From Omnitrophica bacterium GWA2_41_15 (GTDB taxonomy: Bacteria > Omnitrophota > Gorgyraeia > Gygaellales > UBA12090), in the NCBI GenBank assembly GCA_919902675.1, contig CAKKRH010000001.1, positions 128,003 to 192,002 on the forward strand: DNA of 64,000 nt. Reading direction: 5' to 3'. Within the stretch, counting starts at the first letter, position 1. Every line of letters begins with the position of its first letter. Below are positions 27,788-36,677 of the stretch, piece by piece. A program made the position numbers and the translations under genes. The notes beneath the pieces are model-generated. The model was not told where the DNA came from and ran no database searches. It saw nothing but the letters and a program-made list of their open reading frames with translations.

Positions 27788-29210
27788 CGACGAGCCGAAA
27801 GAATACTGCGGTTTGTTTGGAATTATGAATCATAGACAGGCCAGTTGGCTTACTTATCTGGGTTTATATGCCCAACAGCACCGGGGGCAGGAGGCCTGCG
27901 GAATTGCCGTAAACAATAATGGAGCGCTCTCTATCCATAAAGGTATGGGGTTGGTCAGCGATGTGTTTGGCGAACAGGTGGTAAACAGTTTGAAAGGAAA
28001 TATGGCGGTAGGCCATGTGCGCTATTCTACCACCGGCTCAAGCATCTTGAAAAATGCCCAGCCGCTGTTGATTGAGTATGCCAAGGGTTCAATCTGTATT
28101 GCCCATAACGGAAACCTGGTGAATTCTTTAGAACTGCGCCAGTATCTGGAAAAAAGAGGTTCAATTTTCCAGACTACCACTGACTCGGAATTGATTATTC
28201 ATTTAATGGCCAGATCCCATTCCCAGGACATCAAAGAAAGCCTGCTGTATGCTTTAAGAAGGGTTAAGGGCGCTTATTCTTTGGTGATGATGAATAGCCA
28301 GTATCTTATCGGTGTCCGGGACCCTTTAGGGTTTCGCCCGCTTTGTCTGGGTAAGCTGGGCCCGGCCTGGTGTTTGGCTTCGGAGACCTGCGCTTTGGAT
28401 TTGATTGGGGCCAAGCTGGTGCGCGAGATTGACCCGGGGGAAATAGTTTTTATCAGCAAAGACGGACTGAAGTCCTTAAGGCCAAAAGAACTACGGCATA
28501 AAAGATACGCCCATTGCACTTTTGAACATGTGTATTTCGCCCGGCCGGATTCTGTGGTATTTGGCGAGACCGTGCATGTGGTCCGGCAGAAATTAGGCGA
28601 GCAATTAGCCAAAGAGCATCCGATAAAAGCGGATTTTGTGGTGCCGGTCCCGGATTCGGGATTTTCGGCGGCCTTGGGATATTCCAAGAGTTCGGGTATT
28701 CCCTTGGAGATGGGAATAATCCGCAACCATTATGTAGGCAGGACTTTTATCCAGCCGGCCCAGGATTCCAGGGAATTAAGCGTCAAGGTCAAATTTAACG
28801 TACTGAAGGATGTGTTGAGGGGTAAGCGTATTGTCATTGTGGATGATTCTATAGTCCGGGGTAATACCTCCAGGATCCGGGTGCGTAATCTGCGCAAGGT
28901 CGGAGTAAAAGAGGTGCACTTGAGGATATCCTGCCCGGCGCACCGCTATCCTTGTTTTTACGGAATAGATTTTCATAAAGCTAATGAATTAATTGCCAAC
29001 AGGTATGAATCCATAGAAAAAATCCGGCAGTATCTGGGCGTGGACAGTTTAGGCTACTTGAGTTTGGAAGGTATGCTGGGTTGTCTAAAACACCCCGTAA
29101 ATCACTATTGCACTGCCTGTTGGACGGGTAAATACCCCCTTACGGCGGAGAAAATGCACGGAAAGTTTTCCCTTGAGGCGCCTTGCTGTGGACAGGAAGA
29201 GACGGTTTAA
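27768..29210 (+). CDS. purF: Amidophosphoribosyltransferase
   Basis: Propeptide then CGLFGI nucleophile; GHVRYSTTG; PRTase motif VIVDDSIVRGNT. Confidence 0.93.
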   Translation: MPENSYNDEPKEYCGLFGIMNHRQASWLTYLGLYAQQHRGQEACGIAVNNNGALSIHKGMGLVSDVFGEQVVNSLKGNMAVGHVRYSTTGSSILKNAQPLLIEYAKGSICIAHNGNLVNSLELRQYLEKRGSIFQTTTDSELIIHLMARSHSQDIKESLLYALRRVKGAYSLVMMNSQYLIGVRDPLGFRPLCLGKLGPAWCLASETCALDLIGAKLVREIDPGEIVFISKDGLKSLRPKELRHKRYAHCTFEHVYFARPDSVVFGETVHVVRQKLGEQLAKEHPIKADFVVPVPDSGFSAALGYSKSSGIPLEMGIIRNHYVGRTFIQPAQDSRELSVKVKFNVLKDVLRGKRIVIVDDSIVRGNTSRIRVRNLRKVGVKEVHLRISCPAHRYPCFYGIDFHKANELIANRYESIEKIRQYLGVDSLGYLSLEGMLGCLKHPVNHYCTACWTGKYPLTAEKMHGKFSLEAPCCGQEETV

Positions 29211-29212
29211 GA

Positions 29213-30199
29213 ATGAAACAAGTAACTTATAAAAAATCCGGGGTTGATATTGAGGAGGCCGGTCGTTTTGTGGAAGCGATCAGGCCGTTAACCCGCGGCA
29301 TCGGCGGATTCGGCGGTTTGTTTAAATTTGATACCAAGAATTTTAAGGAACCGTATCTGGTTTCTTCAACCGACGGGGTGGGGACTAAGCTAAAGATTGC
29401 CTTTTTGGTTGGTAAGCACAATACCGTAGGGATTGATTTGGTAGGGATGAATGTCAATGATATTTTATGCGCCGGAGCCAAGCCTTTGTTTTTCCTTGAT
29501 TATATCGCCTGCGGAAAAATTCAGACAGGCGTCCTGACGGATGTGGTCAAAGGTATTGCCGAGGGTTGCCGCCAGGCCGGCTGTTCTTTGGTGGGCGGGG
29601 AAACCGCCGAGATGCCCGGGTTTTATAAAGAAGGCGAGTATGATTTAGCCGGGTTTTGCGTGGGGGTGGTTGATAAATCAAAGGCTGTCAATGGCTCAAA
29701 AATTAAGGCAGGGGATGTCCTTATAGGGATAGAATCTAACGGCCTGCACTCTAACGGATTTTCTTTGGTGAGAAAAGTTTTTACCAAAAAAGAACTAATA
29801 AAGTATGCTGACGCATTGCTCAAGCCCACCCGCATTTATGTTAAGCCAATTTTATCTTTACTGTCGACTATCGACTGTGGACTATCGACTATTAAAGGCA
29901 TCGCCCACATCACCGGCGGCGCCTTTTACGATAAAATCCCGCGGGTTATTCCAAAGGATTTAGGGATATACATAGACAAAAACAGCTGGCCGGTTCCGGA
30001 AATCTTCCGGCTGATTCAAGAAAAAGGCAATGTCCCGGAAAGCGATATGTACCGCACCCTGAATATGGGAATTGGTATGGTTTTAGCCCTTGAAAAGGGG
30101 AGAGCGGATAAGGTAATGTCCAGACTTAAGAGTTCAGGCCTCAGGTCCTGGGTAATTGGCGAAGTCATTAAGGGTAAAGAGCGGGTTAAAATTATCTAA
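29213..30199 (+). CDS. purM: Phosphoribosylformylglycinamidine cyclo-ligase (AIR synthetase)
   Basis: YKKSGVDIEEA, STDGVGTKL, DLVGMNVNDIL and AHITGGAF motifs. Start moved to ATG 29213. Confidence 0.92.
   Translation: MKQVTYKKSGVDIEEAGRFVEAIRPLTRGIGGFGGLFKFDTKNFKEPYLVSSTDGVGTKLKIAFLVGKHNTVGIDLVGMNVNDILCAGAKPLFFLDYIACGKIQTGVLTDVVKGIAEGCRQAGCSLVGGETAEMPGFYKEGEYDLAGFCVGVVDKSKAVNGSKIKAGDVLIGIESNGLHSNGFSLVRKVFTKKELIKYADALLKPTRIYVKPILSLLSTIDCGLSTIKGIAHITGGAFYDKIPRVIPKDLGIYIDKNSWPVPEIFRLIQEKGNVPESDMYRTLNMGIGMVLALEKGRADKVMSRLKSSGLRSWVIGEVIKGKERVKII
29861..29890 (+). repeat. 30-nt heptamer tract in purM: CTGTCGA CTATCGA CTGTGGA CTATCGA CT
   Basis: Period 7. It contains TGTGGAC, the reverse complement of GTCCACA. 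Translated LSTIDCGLST. Confidence 0.85.
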
Positions 30200-30211
30200 A
30201 GGAGGCGCAAA

Positions 30212-31072
30212 ATGAGTCTATTTTATCTTATTTTTATTGCGGGGATTGTGGTGTTTTTTTCAGGAATCAAGATTGTCCGGCCTACGCATCGCGGATTGAT
30301 TGAGCGTTTAGGCAAATACAACCGTTTTGCCCAGGCAGGGTTTCACTGGATTATTCCTGTAATCGAGCGGTTGTATATGATTAACGTAACTGAACAGATG
30401 GTGGATGCCGAGCCTCAGGAAATTATTACCTTTGATAACCTTAATGCCAAGGTGGATGCCCAGGTGTATTTTAAGGTCAAGCCGGATGAGCAAAGCGTGC
30501 AGAATACTGTTTATAATGTGAACAACTACCAGTGGCAGATAGTAAATCTGGCCCGGACTACCTTAAGAAATATTATCGGCACCCTGACTTTAAAATCCGC
30601 GAACTCCGAGCGTGGTAAAATTAATGATGAACTGCATAAGACGATGATGAGCGAAACTATGCATTGGGGAATTGAGATTGTGCGCACTGAGTTAAAAGAG
30701 ATTGACCCGCCTAAGGATGTTCAGGAGACGATGAATAAGGTAGTCAAGGCTGAGAATGAAAAGATTTCAGCGGTTGACTTTGCCACTGCCACCGAGACCG
30801 TAGCCGATGGGGCGCGCCGGGCCGAGATTAAGAAGGCCGAAGGCGTAAAGCAGGCCAAGATTTTAGAGGCGGAGGGCGAGTCCGAGGCTATCCGGCTGGT
30901 GAATGAGGCCGCGGAGAAATATTTCGTCGGCAATGCCCAGCTTTTAAGAAGACTGCAGATGGCCGAGCGGGCCCTGGAGTCTAATGCCAAAATTATTGTT
31001 CCCTCCAATACCGAATTAGTCAATGTTATCGGAGACTTGGCCGGGGTAGTGCCGATAAAGAAAAGCAGTTAG
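30212..31072 (+). CDS. SPFH/band 7 (stomatin/prohibitin-like) membrane protein
   Basis: N-terminal TM helix, SPFH core (VDAQVYFKV, TLRNIIGTLTL) and an Ala/Glu-rich coiled C-terminus. Confidence 0.85.
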   Translation: MSLFYLIFIAGIVVFFSGIKIVRPTHRGLIERLGKYNRFAQAGFHWIIPVIERLYMINVTEQMVDAEPQEIITFDNLNAKVDAQVYFKVKPDEQSVQNTVYNVNNYQWQIVNLARTTLRNIIGTLTLKSANSERGKINDELHKTMMSETMHWGIEIVRTELKEIDPPKDVQETMNKVVKAENEKISAVDFATATETVADGARRAEIKKAEGVKQAKILEAEGESEAIRLVNEAAEKYFVGNAQLLRRLQMAERALESNAKIIVPSNTELVNVIGDLAGVVPIKKSS

Positions 31073-31102
31073 GCTCAAGCCTTAAGCGGAAATACTTAAA
31101 AG

Positions 31103-32413
31103 ATGAAAATTTTAGTTATTGGTTCAGGCGGCAGGGAGCACGCGATAATCTGGAAGCTTAAGCAGTCTAAATCTTTGCCTGAGATATATTGCGCTCCGGG
31201 TAACGGCGGGATATCCCGCGATGCCCGGATTGTGGACATCCAATCCGATGATATCAAAGGCTTGTTGGATTTCGCGGTAAAGGAAAAAATAGATTTGACT
31301 ATTGTAGGGCCTGAAGCGGCCCTGGCCCATGGAATAGTGGATAGGTTTATGCGTAAAGGCTTAAGTATTTTCGGGCCCACCAAAGAGCTTGCCCTTTTAG
31401 AATCCAGCAAGGCCTATGCCAAAGAAACTATGCGCGGGCTTAATATCCCCACTGCCGGTTTTGAGATTTTTGCTGAACCTGATAAGGCCATAGATTTTAC
31501 TAATAGGCCGCGCCTCTTTGCCGCGCATTATCCGGTAGTAGTTAAGGCTGACGGCCTGGCCGCGGGTAAAGGGGTGGTGATTTGTAAAGACCGTAAAGAA
31601 GCCCAGATAGCTATTGAAGATATGATGGTTAGAAAGGTCTTTGGCCCCGCCGGGACGCGTGTAGTAATTGAGGAGCACCTGGAAGGCGAAGAGGCCTCAA
31701 TTTTAGTGGTTTCCGACGGAATCAATTTTACCGCCTTAGCTTCGGCGCAGGATCATAAGAGGGTCTTTGACCGCGATAAGGGCCCCAATACCGGAGGCAT
31801 GGGGGCATATTCTCCGGCGCCAATAGTAACCCGGGATACGCATAAGCGAATAATGGATCAGGTCATTGAGCCTTTAATTACCGGCCTGGCCAAGGAAGGT
31901 AAGTTTTATAAAGGGATTCTTTATGCCGGGATAATGATTACTAAGCAGGGGCCTCAGGTTTTAGAGTTTAATGTTCGTTTTGGCGATCCCGAGACTCAAG
32001 CTATTTTGCCGCGTTTAAAAACGGATTTAGCGGATTTGTGTTTCGCCTCAATTGAGGATAAGATTGACCGGCTAAAATTAGAGTGGGAAGAAAAATCAGC
32101 TGTCTGCGTGGTTTTGGCCTCTGGAGGCTACCCCGGGGATTATCAGAAAGGTCTTGAGATTTCCGGCTTAGAGGATGCCGATACTTTGGCTGATGGAGAT
32201 TCCCACATCTTTCATGCCGGCACCGCGATTAGTCCACAGTCCACAGTCCACAGTCCACAGTTTGTTACTGACGGGGGACGCGTGTTGAATGTAGTGGGTT
32301 TAGGGGATACTATTCGTCAGGCGGCGCAGAAGGCTTATAAGATAGCCGGTAAAATTAAGTTTGATAAGATGCATTACCGTAAGGACATCGCCCACAGGGC
32401 GCTTAAAAGTTAG
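31103..32413 (+). CDS. purD: Phosphoribosylamine-glycine ligase
   Basis: MKILVIGSGGREHA, VVKADGLAAGKGV, GPNTGGMGAY and GGRVLNV motifs. Confidence 0.93.
   Translation: MKILVIGSGGREHAIIWKLKQSKSLPEIYCAPGNGGISRDARIVDIQSDDIKGLLDFAVKEKIDLTIVGPEAALAHGIVDRFMRKGLSIFGPTKELALLESSKAYAKETMRGLNIPTAGFEIFAEPDKAIDFTNRPRLFAAHYPVVVKADGLAAGKGVVICKDRKEAQIAIEDMMVRKVFGPAGTRVVIEEHLEGEEASILVVSDGINFTALASAQDHKRVFDRDKGPNTGGMGAYSPAPIVTRDTHKRIMDQVIEPLITGLAKEGKFYKGILYAGIMITKQGPQVLEFNVRFGDPETQAILPRLKTDLADLCFASIEDKIDRLKLEWEEKSAVCVVLASGGYPGDYQKGLEISGLEDADTLADGDSHIFHAGTAISPQSTVHSPQFVTDGGRVLNVVGLGDTIRQAAQKAYKIAGKIKFDKMHYRKDIAHRALKS
32231..32260 (+). repeat. 30-nt module (AGTCCAC)4AG, copy 4 (purD)
   Basis: Exact 30-mer, translated ISPQSTVHSPQF, between FHAGTA and VTDGGRVL. 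Confidence 0.95.
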
Positions 32414-32490
32414 AAGTAGTGATGGTTCTTTAATGGTGAAAATTATTTGGTAAGAACTGTCCCTGCGCTCAGTCTTATCCTGGAGGCACT

Positions 32491-32982
32491 ATGAGCAATA
32501 ATCAAAAAATCGCGATAATAATGGGGAGCCAGTCGGATTTAGAGACAATGAACGAGGCGGTAAATTTATTAAAAGAATTTAAGGCGGATTATGAGGTAAG
32601 GGTTTTATCCGCCCACCGCAGCCCCGATGAGGTGGCTAAGTTTGCCAAGGAGGCCCGCAAGGATGGGGTCAAGGTTATTATTGCCGGAGCCGGGGGCGCG
32701 GCGGCTTTGGCCGGTTCAATCGCCGCCCATACCACCTTGCCGGTAATCGGCGTGCCTATGGAGACCTCTAGCCTTAATGGCCTGGATTCACTTTTATCTA
32801 CCGTGCAGATGCCCGGAGGTGTTCCGGTTGCTTCTATGGCTATTGGTAAGGCTGGAGCCAAAAACGCCGCGATCTTTGCCTTGGAAATACTGGGAGTCGC
32901 GGATTCCGATTTTGAGAAAAAGCTGAATAATTATAAGAAAGAATTAGCCAAAAAAGTTACAGAAATAAAACTGAAGGTGTAG
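32491..32982 (+). CDS. purE: 5-(carboxyamino)imidazole ribonucleotide mutase
   Basis: IIMGSQSDLETM, SAHRSP and AGGAAALAG motifs. Confidence 0.92.
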   Translation: MSNNQKIAIIMGSQSDLETMNEAVNLLKEFKADYEVRVLSAHRSPDEVAKFAKEARKDGVKVIIAGAGGAAALAGSIAAHTTLPVIGVPMETSSLNGLDSLLSTVQMPGGVPVASMAIGKAGAKNAAIFALEILGVADSDFEKKLNNYKKELAKKVTEIKLKV

Positions 32983-33009
32983 GCACATTTTTTGAGCAGG
33001 GCTATATAA

Positions 33010-33027
33010 GGTCAGCTTACGCTGACC
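33010..33027 (-). repeat. Dispersed palindromic hairpin, copy 2 (GGTCAGC-TTAC-GCTGACC on +, i.e. GTAA loop on -)
   Basis: Same 7-bp stem as 10174-10193 with the loop inverted; 22 nt upstream of the tsaC start. Confidence 0.7.
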
Positions 33028-33048
33028 ACTACTCATAACTTTTTTAAT

Positions 33049-34164
33049 ATGCCGACTGAAGTCTTAAAAGTTGATCCGGTCAGTCCGGATTCCGCGGTAA
33101 TAGAGAAAGCGGCCAGTTTTATCCGCCAGGGTAAGATTGTGGCTATTCCCACGGATACCGTGTATGGATTGGCAGTTGATTTCGGCAATCCCCAGGCTAT
33201 GAAAAGGCTTTATGAGTTGAAGAAGCGCCCTCTGAATAAGCCCTTTACTATCGCGGTCGCAAGCGAAGAATCTTTAGAGCGCCTTACGCGGGATGCCGGG
33301 CCTTTGGCCTATAAGCTAATGGAAAGATTTTGGCCCGGGCCCTTAACCCTGGTGTTAAAATCTGCCGGACTTATCGGGAATACCGGTGATGAACACAGCT
33401 CAACCACCTATGGTGAGCCGAGTCGAACCACCATCGGCTTGCGCCTTCCTAACAACCGGGTGGCTTTAAGGATTATTGAAGAATCCGGATGCGCGGTGGC
33501 CTTGCCTTCAGCTAATTATTCCGGCCAGAATCCGGCTTGCGATGCCCGGGAGGTTTTGTCCGCCCTTAAGGATAGCATAGATTTAATTATAGATGCCGGT
33601 AAAGTTGAGTTAGGGGTAGAGTCAACAGTGGTGGATTTGAGCACAGCTAATTTTAAGATATTGCGCCAGGGAGCGGTAAGCAAGGCTGAAATAGAAGCCC
33701 TGGCCAAACTAAAAAAAGTTCTTTTTGTCTGCACCGGAAATTCCTGCCGTTCGGTAATGGCCGAAGGCCTGCTGAAAAAAGCCCTAAAAGATAAAAACCG
33801 CCTGGATGTGGAGGTCCTGTCCGCCGGTATCTCAGCGTATGGCGGCCAGCCGGCAACACAGGAAACCTTGCGCTTACTCGCTAAAGCCGGCGCGGGCGTA
33901 TATGAGGCGCATTATTCCCGGAGAATAACCAAGCCCATGCTTTATTCTTCGGATTTAATTTTAGCCATGGAAAATATCCACGAGGAGCATATCCTGAATA
34001 TGGCCCCGGCTGTTCGCAGCCGGCTGTATTTATTAAAAGAATTTGCTAAAATTCCCGAGATAGATTTGAATATTCCGGATCCAATCGGCCAGAGCACAGC
34101 CTTTTATGAAATGACATTTTCGGCGATAAAAGAAGCGGTAGAAAAGATAGTTGAGTTGGTGTAA
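33049..34164 (+). CDS. tsaC: Fusion of threonylcarbamoyl-AMP synthase (TsaC/YrdC domain) with a low-molecular-weight phosphatase (YwlE-like)
   Basis: YrdC motifs VAIPTDTVYGL and STVVDL. C-terminal LMW-PTP P-loop VLFVCTGNSCRS and a DP motif (IPDPIG). Confidence 0.85.
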   Translation: MPTEVLKVDPVSPDSAVIEKAASFIRQGKIVAIPTDTVYGLAVDFGNPQAMKRLYELKKRPLNKPFTIAVASEESLERLTRDAGPLAYKLMERFWPGPLTLVLKSAGLIGNTGDEHSSTTYGEPSRTTIGLRLPNNRVALRIIEESGCAVALPSANYSGQNPACDAREVLSALKDSIDLIIDAGKVELGVESTVVDLSTANFKILRQGAVSKAEIEALAKLKKVLFVCTGNSCRSVMAEGLLKKALKDKNRLDVEVLSAGISAYGGQPATQETLRLLAKAGAGVYEAHYSRRITKPMLYSSDLILAMENIHEEHILNMAPAVRSRLYLLKEFAKIPEIDLNIPDPIGQSTAFYEMTFSAIKEAVEKIVELV

Positions 34165-34180
34165 TAACAGGAGTTATCCC

Positions 34181-34684
34181 ATGCCTAAGCAAAATATTCA
34201 AAAAGAAAGGATTATTATCGCCAGCGACCACGGCGGATTCAGATTAAAGGAAAAGATTAGAAACTTCCTGGAGAAAAAGGGTTATCAGGTTAAGGACGCG
34301 GGCTGTTTTAACCAGGAGTCTTGCGATTACCCGGCGTATGCTTACGCCGCGGCAAAAGAGGTGTCTTTAGGGAATTTTTCTAAGGGCATTTTAATCTGTA
34401 AAAGCGGAATCGGGAATTCTATAGTGGCAAATAAACTTCCCCGGGTGCGGGCGGCTTTATGTTATAATCTAAAAGCGGCCAAACTTTCCCGTAAGCATAA
34501 TGACGCTAATGTTTTGGTTTTGGGGGATTTATTCGTTAAGGAGACTATGGCCAAGAGAATAGTGAGCCTTTGGTTAAAAACCGAATTTGAGGGCGGAAGG
34601 CACTTAAGAAGGGTTGAGCAGATAAGAGATATTGAGGATAAGACCAATGAGTTGTTTAAAAAAGATAGACCCGCGAATATATAA
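34181..34684 (+). CDS. rpiB: Ribose-5-phosphate isomerase B
   Basis: [29 protein letters not shown] and [12 protein letters not shown] motifs. Start moved to ATG 34181. Confidence 0.9.
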   Translation: MPKQNIQKERIIIASDHGGFRLKEKIRNFLEKKGYQVKDAGCFNQESCDYPAYAYAAAKEVSLGNFSKGILICKSGIGNSIVANKLPRVRAALCYNLKAAKLSRKHNDANVLVLGDLFVKETMAKRIVSLWLKTEFEGGRHLRRVEQIRDIEDKTNELFKKDRPANI

Positions 34685-35891
34685 GATAATTAAGGCGGAA
34701 GGCCTGCGTCAGAAAGAAAACTTAGAGCTGATTGCCTCGGAGAATTTTACCTCTTTGGGGGTCCTGGAGGCCCAGGGGTCAGTCCTGACCAACAAATACG
34801 CCGAAGGGTATCCTCATCACCGCTGGTATGGCGGCTGCGAGAATGTGGATCAGGTTGAAGGCCTGGCTATTGAGCGGGCCAAAGAACTTTTTAAGGCTGA
34901 GCATGTCAATGTCCAGGCCCACTCCGGAAGCCAGGCCAATATGGCAGTTTACTTCACCTGTCTTAATGTCGGGGATACCATAATGGCTCTAGACCTTGCC
35001 TGCGGAGGGCATCTTACCCATGGCCACGCGCATAATTTCTCCGGCAAGCTCTATAAAGTGGTTTCCTATGGGGTTGATCCCAAGAGTGAACAATTGGATT
35101 ATGATAAGATATTAACCCTGGCTAAGGAATGTCATCCCCGCCTGATTTTGGCCGGGGCATCGGCTTACCCTCGAATTATTGATTTTAAGAAATTCCGGTC
35201 TATCTGTGATAAGGTGGGAGCTTATCTGTTTGTGGATATGGCTCATATCGCCGGGTTGGTCGCGGCAGGGGTTCATCCTTCACCGGTTCCGGACGCGGAG
35301 TTTGTCAGCTCCACTACCCATAAGACCCTGCGCGGGCCGCGGGGAGGTTTTATCCTTTGCAAAAAAGAATTTAGCCGTAAGCTGGATTTAGAGATTTTTC
35401 CAGGGATACAGGGCGGGCCTTTGATGCATACCATTGCCGCCAAGGCCGTGGCTTTCAAAGAAGCCTCAAGCGCCAAGTTTAAGAAAGACCAGAAACAGAC
35501 TGTCCGAAACGCCCGGATCCTTTGCTCGGTCTTAATTGAGAAAGGGTATCGGGTGGTTTCCGGAGGAACAGACAATCATCTTTTCTTATTGGATTTAACC
35601 TTAAAAGGCGTAAGCGGCAAAGAGGCCCAGGAAAAATTAGACCGCTGCGGGATTACCGTGAATAAAAATATGATTCCTTTTGATGTTAAATCTCCTTCTT
35701 TGGCCAGCGGAATACGTATCGGCACCCCCGCGGTTACCACCCGGGGAATGAAGGAAAAAGAAATGCGCCTCATCGCCGGTTTTATTGACCGGGGATTGTG
35801 GGCTTGCGGGGAGAGAGAAATCAGCAAGATTAAGAAAGAGGTGAAGGGATTAACCTCTAAATTCCCTCTTTATCCTAAAATTAAAAAGTGA
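34647..35891 (+). CDS. glyA: Serine hydroxymethyltransferase
   Basis: [20 protein letters not shown] and [12 protein letters not shown] (PLP-Lys) motifs. Start at ATG 34647 overlaps rpiB. Confidence 0.93.
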   Translation: MSCLKKIDPRIYKIIKAEGLRQKENLELIASENFTSLGVLEAQGSVLTNKYAEGYPHHRWYGGCENVDQVEGLAIERAKELFKAEHVNVQAHSGSQANMAVYFTCLNVGDTIMALDLACGGHLTHGHAHNFSGKLYKVVSYGVDPKSEQLDYDKILTLAKECHPRLILAGASAYPRIIDFKKFRSICDKVGAYLFVDMAHIAGLVAAGVHPSPVPDAEFVSSTTHKTLRGPRGGFILCKKEFSRKLDLEIFPGIQGGPLMHTIAAKAVAFKEASSAKFKKDQKQTVRNARILCSVLIEKGYRVVSGGTDNHLFLLDLTLKGVSGKEAQEKLDRCGITVNKNMIPFDVKSPSLASGIRIGTPAVTTRGMKEKEMRLIAGFIDRGLWACGEREISKIKKEVKGLTSKFPLYPKIKK

Positions 35892-35905
35892 GGCAGCAAC
35901 AGGAA

Positions 35906-36035
35906 AATGTCTAATGACGAAATCCGAATGGCGAATTAATGTCCAATGCCTAAAGGCCTAAATAAATCTTTTAGACATTAGAGAATTGAATAATTAGTCA
36001 TTTATTCGGCATTCGTTATTAGGAAATTCGACATT
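35906..36035 (+). repeat. Heptamer-periodic inverted arrays in the glyA / dCMP deaminase spacer
   Basis: Left AATGTCT AATGACG AAATCCG AATGGCG AATTAAT GTCCAAT. Right ...TTTATTC GGCATTC GTTATTA GGAAATT CGACATT. Terminal blocks AATGTC.../...GACATT and CGAATGGCGAAT/ATTCGGCATTCG are complementary. Confidence 0.65.
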
Positions 36036-36072
36036 AACAGGCTATTACATATATTATACGAGGATATAGGGT

Positions 36073-36582
36073 ATGATAAAACACCAGCAAAAAAATCATT
36101 TAGATGCCCGTCCTGATTGGGATGAATATTTCCTGGGGATAATTCAGGAAGTGGCTAAAAGAGCTACCTGCGACCGGGGCAAGGCCGGTTGTATAATCGT
36201 TAAGGATAAGAGGATATTGGCTACCGGTTATGTGGGCTCGCCCGTCGGACAGCCGCACTGCGACGAGTCCGGGCATATGATGCGCGATGTAGTCAGCCCC
36301 GACGGCTCAATAAGTAAGCATTGTATCCGGACAATCCATGCCGAGCAGAACGCCATTTGTCAGGCGGCCCGCTTTGGCATACCTTTAGAGGGCTCAACCC
36401 TGTATTGTAAAATGGAGCCTTGCTTTACCTGCGCCAAGATGATCGTCAACTGCGGGATAAAAAAGGTGGTCTGCTCCGGCAGATACCACGCGGCCCAGCC
36501 CAGCCGCGAATTGTTTAAAAAAGCAAAAGTAGAACTGCGCGTTTTATCTAAAGAAATAATAAGATATAAAGACCAGAGATAA
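36073..36582 (+). CDS. Deoxycytidylate (dCMP) deaminase
   Basis: HAEQNAI and PCFTCAKMI zinc-binding motifs. Confidence 0.88.
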   Translation: MIKHQQKNHLDARPDWDEYFLGIIQEVAKRATCDRGKAGCIIVKDKRILATGYVGSPVGQPHCDESGHMMRDVVSPDGSISKHCIRTIHAEQNAICQAARFGIPLEGSTLYCKMEPCFTCAKMIVNCGIKKVVCSGRYHAAQPSRELFKKAKVELRVLSKEIIRYKDQR

Positions 36583-36628
36583 TCTATATTGGCTCCTGCC
36601 GCGGTTTACTTGTAGCGGCCAGGGTGTA

Positions 36629-36650
36629 GGGGTCAGCGTAAGCTGAACCC
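36629..36650 (+). repeat. Dispersed palindromic hairpin, copy 3 (GGGGTCAGC-GTAA-GCTGAACCC, one bulge)
   Basis: Same core as 10174-10193; 28 nt upstream of the nrdR start. Confidence 0.65.
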
Positions 36651-36677
36651 TGTGCGTTGCTAAAAAGAGGATATGGG

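Noticed and set aside
28274-28726. 150-aa minus-strand ORF inside purF
   Set aside because: Shadow ORF opposite a well-supported amidophosphoribosyltransferase.
23824-32260. Heptamer tandem arrays considered as a CRISPR array, inteins or mini-introns
   Set aside because: The units are contiguous 7-mers without spacers, so this is not CRISPR. At 30-63 nt the tracts are far too short for inteins or group I/II introns, and they preserve the reading frame, so translation as loop peptides is the simplest reading.
33378-33435. Extra segment in the TsaC domain considered as another heptamer module
   Set aside because: It contains a 7-nt direct repeat (AACCACC) 24 nt apart, but there is no 7-nt tandem periodicity. 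I treated it only as a possible loop insertion.
35179-35391. 70-aa alternative-frame + ORF inside glyA
   Set aside because: It lies inside the conserved PLP-binding region of serine hydroxymethyltransferase and has no independent support.
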